DNA of 64,000 nucleotides from an uncultured Enterobacteriaceae bacterium (GTDB lineage Bacteria; Verrucomicrobiota; Verrucomicrobiia; Verrucomicrobiales; V1-33): NCBI GenBank assembly GCA_964596095.1, contig CAZQUC010000001.1, positions 833 to 64,832 of the forward strand, read 5' to 3'. Shown piece by piece: positions 60,964 to 64,000 of this stretch (position 1 is its first letter; each line of letters starts with the position of its first letter). The notes under the pieces were generated by a model. It saw only the letters and a program-made list of their open reading frames with translations, ran no database searches and was not told where the DNA came from. The position numbers and the translations under genes were made by a program.

Positions 60964-63234
60964 ATGAAAAATGGAATTCCTTATTCGAGCGGCAGCGGAC
61001 GATGGCTGACCGGCATGGCGGGCGCGTGGCTGGCCCTTGGCTCCCTGACGGCGCAGGAGACGTTCCGGATCACGCGGGTGGAACCGGTCGCCGACCGGCT
61101 GGAGCTTTCCTGGGAGGGCGATCCCGCGCTCGATTACTTCGAGGTGCAGCAGTGGGACGGGCAATTCCCCGAATACTGGAAGCCGGTCTTCCTGACCGCG
61201 CAGCGCTCGGTGAGCATGGAGCGGGAGGGATTGCAGGGCTTGCTGCGGATCGCGGCCATCGAACGGCCCGGCCCGGCGGCGCCGATTTCCGATGCCCGGC
61301 GCCACGAGATTCTCGACGCGGTGGCGGAGCAGATCGGAGCGCTGCCGGGTGAGGACGCGGAAGCGGACGCCGTGGCCGTGGCCGCCATCCTGCGGAGCCA
61401 TCCGGATCTCGAGGCGGTGAGCCTTTCCGCGGACGGCACGGTCTCGGCCCGGTTCCGCGACGGCCGGCCGCTGGTCATCATCGACAACCGTCCGCCCGCC
61501 GACCCCTCCGAGTATGAGAACGGCGTCGATAAGGAGTTCTTCAACGGCGGGGGCGCGGCCGGACGGGCGGGTGTTTCCCTCGCTGGCGGGCGCTCCCCGC
61601 GCAGCGTCAGCGGCACGACCGGCCTGCCCGTCTCCCGGCGCGCGGTGCTTTTCCAGCCCACCGGGATCGGGATCGACGCTCCGATGCTGCAGACGGTAGT
61701 CCCGGCCTTCAACCAGGCCGGCTACAATGTGCAGGGCGGGGAAGCCTCGCTCGCCAACTTCCTCGCCGTCTCCAGCGTCGGCAATGACATCGGCGTTTTT
61801 TATGTCGATAGCCACGGCGCGGTCTTGAACCTTGAGATTCTGGAGGAAGATGTCCCGGTCCGTCACCTCGAGTTTTTCGTGCTCGGCACCTCCACGCTGT
61901 CCACTCCCGAAATCGATGCCCTCTACCACTCCCTTTACGGTGACACGTTTTTCTTCGAAAAGAGCGGCGAACTCGGCGAAACCATTTACGTGCAGTATGG
62001 CTCCCGCACCAACAAGGGGTTGAAACGGACCAAGTCGCCGTCGTATTACGCCATCACGTCCGAGTTCGTGCGCAAACGCTGGGGTTTTTCGCGCAACAGC
62101 CTGGTGGTTTTCGACACCTGTTACAGCGCGGCCGCCGGAGCCGCCTCCTTCCGCGAGACCTGCTATGCGCGCGGCGCGGCCCTGTATGCCGGGTGGACGG
62201 ATAAAGTGGCTGACGCCTGGGCCTTCAACCGCACCACGCCGCCCTTGTTCGAGCTACTGCTCGGGGGCAGCCACATCTACCACACCGAGCCTCCCCAGCG
62301 GCCGTTCAACCTCGACACCGTGCTCGATTACCTCGACGCCAGGGGGCTGCGCGTGGACCAGACGGCGGGATTTCCCGGTGCCCGCTTCACCTGCTTCGCC
62401 GGCCCGGCGGCCAACGGCTCATTCCAGTTGCTCAATCCCGCCATGCTTCGCATGGGGGTTACGGAATCCACCGACGAAGTGTATGTGCAGGGACACTTCG
62501 ACCCGGAGGCGCCCGCCACCGTGCGCGTCGAGGGCGGCGCGACCGCCGAAATTCCAGCGAAATCCGTGACCAAGACGATGGTCACCTTCCCGCTGCCAGC
62601 CGATAGTTCGCCCTCCGCGGGCGATGTCACCATCATCCAGCAGGAACGGGAGAGCAACACCATCCCCCTGAGTGAGTGGACGATCGACGCCACGCTGGTC
62701 AAACACTTCGCCCCCGGCCTCGCCACGCCCTCGGCGACGATGGAGTTCCAGTTGCGTTTCCGGGTTGACGCGCACGAGTTCCGCCTCAAGCCCTTCACAG
62801 ATCCCGTTTTTTTGGATACCGGCTCCCTGATCGCAATGGGCACCACCGGCCGCGTGGTCAGCGCGTCCGGCACTCATGTTTACCCCGGAGAAAACCAGGG
62901 CACGCTCGACTGGAGCCTTGATGCGCCCGTGAACGTCCCCTTCGCGGACCTGCGCGGCACCCTCAATATCGCCGCGGACCGCTCGGTCAAGCTGGACGCC
63001 TCGCTTCGCGCGGGCGATGTAATGACGGTCACCCAGCGCAACGGCAGCGGCCAGGTCGTGCTCGAGTATAAGCGGGAACCGGGAACCGGCGTCTTTCCGC
63101 CCGGAGAAACGTCGCTCGACCCCTCGACCTATCGCATCAAGGCCGGATCGGGTTCCGCCGCCGGGGACTCCGGCACTTTCGAATGGAAGGACGCCGAACC
63201 CCGCTTTCCGCCCGCCGGTGATTTCGCCCGCTGA
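60964..63234 (+). CDS. Secreted protein with clan-CD (gingipain/PorU/caspase-fold)-like His...Cys dyad
   Basis: 756 aa. Signal-like MAGAWLALGSLTAQE. IGVFYVDSHGAV, then about 100 aa later AITSEFVRKRWGFSRNSLVVFDTCYSAAAG (compare the gingipain pattern YTGHG ... LPFIFDVACVNG, recalled from memory). Ig-like beta-rich C-terminal half. Confidence 0.75.
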   Translation: MKNGIPYSSGSGRWLTGMAGAWLALGSLTAQETFRITRVEPVADRLELSWEGDPALDYFEVQQWDGQFPEYWKPVFLTAQRSVSMEREGLQGLLRIAAIERPGPAAPISDARRHEILDAVAEQIGALPGEDAEADAVAVAAILRSHPDLEAVSLSADGTVSARFRDGRPLVIIDNRPPADPSEYENGVDKEFFNGGGAAGRAGVSLAGGRSPRSVSGTTGLPVSRRAVLFQPTGIGIDAPMLQTVVPAFNQAGYNVQGGEASLANFLAVSSVGNDIGVFYVDSHGAVLNLEILEEDVPVRHLEFFVLGTSTLSTPEIDALYHSLYGDTFFFEKSGELGETIYVQYGSRTNKGLKRTKSPSYYAITSEFVRKRWGFSRNSLVVFDTCYSAAAGAASFRETCYARGAALYAGWTDKVADAWAFNRTTPPLFELLLGGSHIYHTEPPQRPFNLDTVLDYLDARGLRVDQTAGFPGARFTCFAGPAANGSFQLLNPAMLRMGVTESTDEVYVQGHFDPEAPATVRVEGGATAEIPAKSVTKTMVTFPLPADSSPSAGDVTIIQQERESNTIPLSEWTIDATLVKHFAPGLATPSATMEFQLRFRVDAHEFRLKPFTDPVFLDTGSLIAMGTTGRVVSASGTHVYPGENQGTLDWSLDAPVNVPFADLRGTLNIAADRSVKLDASLRAGDVMTVTQRNGSGQVVLEYKREPGTGVFPPGETSLDPSTYRIKAGSGSAAGDSGTFEWKDAEPRFPPAGDFAR

Positions 63235-63351
63235 ACGGAGCATGGCCGGGAAGCGACAATCCTCCCGCTCTTGCCTGCTTTTTCGCGCTCCCTGAAAAAA
63301 TACATCAAACCGGAACCTTGTTGCAGGCCAACCTACAACTCACTAAGATCA

Positions 63352-64000
63352 ATGAAAGCAACCCTTTGCCGAATCCTTCAGACCGTGGCGATCCTGGCCG
63401 TTATGGGTGTGTTCACCGGGTGTCAATTTGCAGGCCATGGATATTGCAGAAGACCGGACGGAACAAAATGGGAAGTAAGATGGCTAGTGTGGCCCGATCC
63501 GGATTTGAGACCCTTAATTATTTTTAAAATAGTCGATGCAGAGACCGGAGAGCTGGGAGCCTCGGGGACCGTGAACTTGAGGGATGGGCAGACCCCGGAA
63601 GACTTTTTCAAAGCTTATTTTTGCTCTGACGAGAAATCGGCCGGACAACGCCTGCGCACGAAAAACGACACCCGTGACGAGACACCTGACGAAACCCGCG
63701 ACGTGAGCGACGCGGTGTTTGGCGATTTCAACGGCGACAACATGCCGGACTTCGCCACCTGCAACCGCGGCACGGACAACATCGCCGTGTGGCTGGCCCT
63801 CACGCCCGAGACCAATGCGGCGCGCGTTCTCTATCCCTGCGGCGCGGAGCCGGTGGCCCTGCTCGCGGCGGATGTCGATGGCGACGAGGTGCTGGACTTC
63901 ATCACGGCCAACGAAGGCGGGGACGGCCCCGGCAGTCTTTCCCTGCTGCGCGGCCGGGCCGACGGTTCCTTTGCGGAGGCGGAAACCATCGCGGCGGACG
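63352..64000 (+). CDS. Lipoprotein with FG-GAP/VCBS-like repeats, N-terminal part (runs off the window end)
   Basis: Not in the ORF track because it has no stop in the window. My translation from ATG 63352 gives MKATLCRILQTVAILAVMGVFTGCQ (lipobox), then ...FGDFNGDNMPDFATCNRGTDNIAVWL...AADVDGDEVLDFITANEGGDGPGSLSLLRGRADGSF..., which are FG-GAP-type repeats. Confidence 0.6.
   Translation, partial: MKATLCRILQTVAILAVMGVFTGCQFAGHGYCRRPDGTKWEVRWLVWPDPDLRPLIIFKIVDAETGELGASGTVNLRDGQTPEDFFKAYFCSDEKSAGQRLRTKNDTRDETPDETRDVSDAVFGDFNGDNMPDFATCNRGTDNIAVWLALTPETNAARVLYPCGAEPVALLAADVDGDEVLDFITANEGGDGPGSLSLLRGRADGSFAEAETIAAD

Noticed and set aside
60712-61929. 405-aa minus-strand ORF
   Set aside because: It is antisense to the 756-aa gene over most of its length. 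Only its last 40 codons lie in the intergenic A/T-richer region, and they have no support.
1-64000. Screen for rRNA, tRNA, CRISPR arrays, integrases and phage genes
   Set aside because: No tRNA-like T-arm (GGTTCGAATCC-type) or anticodon-stem pattern appears in any intergenic gap. There are no rRNA-like conserved blocks. There are no regularly spaced direct repeats. No integrase, recombinase, terminase or capsid-like ORFs were recognised.
40800-64000. Calling the 40.8-64 kb accessory block a genomic island
   Set aside because: No tRNA or integrase boundary or flanking direct repeats could be identified. GC is mostly like the rest of the window. Only the gene remnant at 40776-41100 marks a boundary.

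Overview
This is a 64-kb, high-GC bacterial chromosomal segment (roughly two-thirds G+C by eye), with a few visibly A/T-richer stretches at about 31.7-32.7 kb, 54.0-55.4 kb, 60.25-60.95 kb and 63.3-63.65 kb. The gene content suggests the PVC superphylum, most likely a Verrucomicrobiota-like organism; this is an inference. The supporting content is a PEP-CTERM tail, T5SS/PEP-CTERM-type beta-helix repeats, thrombospondin-type-3-like Ca-binding linkers, and ECF sigma factors paired with Ser/Thr kinases carrying WD40 propellers. I support about 41 protein-coding features, three or four of them apparently disrupted. I found no rRNA, tRNA, CRISPR array or recognisable transposase or integrase.

Layout:
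- 0-7.5 kb: a minus-strand run of secreted-protein genes (Asp-box propellers, an HExxH protein, a parallel beta-helix, a GWINFG-repeat protein).
- 7.5-11.2 kb: ECF sigma plus WD40 Ser/Thr kinase.
- 11.2-13.7 kb: trkA and trkH.
- 13.9-22.6 kb: a PEP-CTERM P-domain protein, a cadherin-like surface protein, small lipoproteins and membrane proteins, and a beta-helical surface protein.
- 22.7-36.7 kb: three more sigma/kinase modules back to back.
- 36.8-40.8 kb: housekeeping-type genes (GFA, cupin, MocR regulator, DUF2917-like, ketopantoate reductase).
- 40.8-64 kb: an accessory block of large secreted proteins (up to 1619 aa), gene remnants and frameshifts.

Main hunt results:
1. A recurrent C-terminal domain (S/T-x-D-L-x-x-W ... 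F-[FLY]-R-x-[RK]) ends at least 10 secreted proteins. It replaces the usual autotransporter barrel or PEP-CTERM anchor on a T5SS/PEP-CTERM-repeat protein, so it is a candidate sorting or anchoring tag.
2. An EF/CyaA/ExoY-like nucleotidyl-cyclase signature sits inside the 1337-aa protein.
3. Four ECF sigma / Ser/Thr kinase modules occur without any anti-sigma factor. Two of them form a diverged 3.7-kb duplication.
4. A conserved upstream element (TGTAAGAT ... GGCGAACGGACAGGG) is shared by two sigma genes and two surface-protein genes.
5. A secreted clan-CD-like (gingipain/PorU-type His...Cys) protein is encoded next to the giant tagged proteins.
6. A coiled-coil module is shared between a kinase sensor tail and the adjacent secreted protein.

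All homology statements rest on motif-level reading without database searches.
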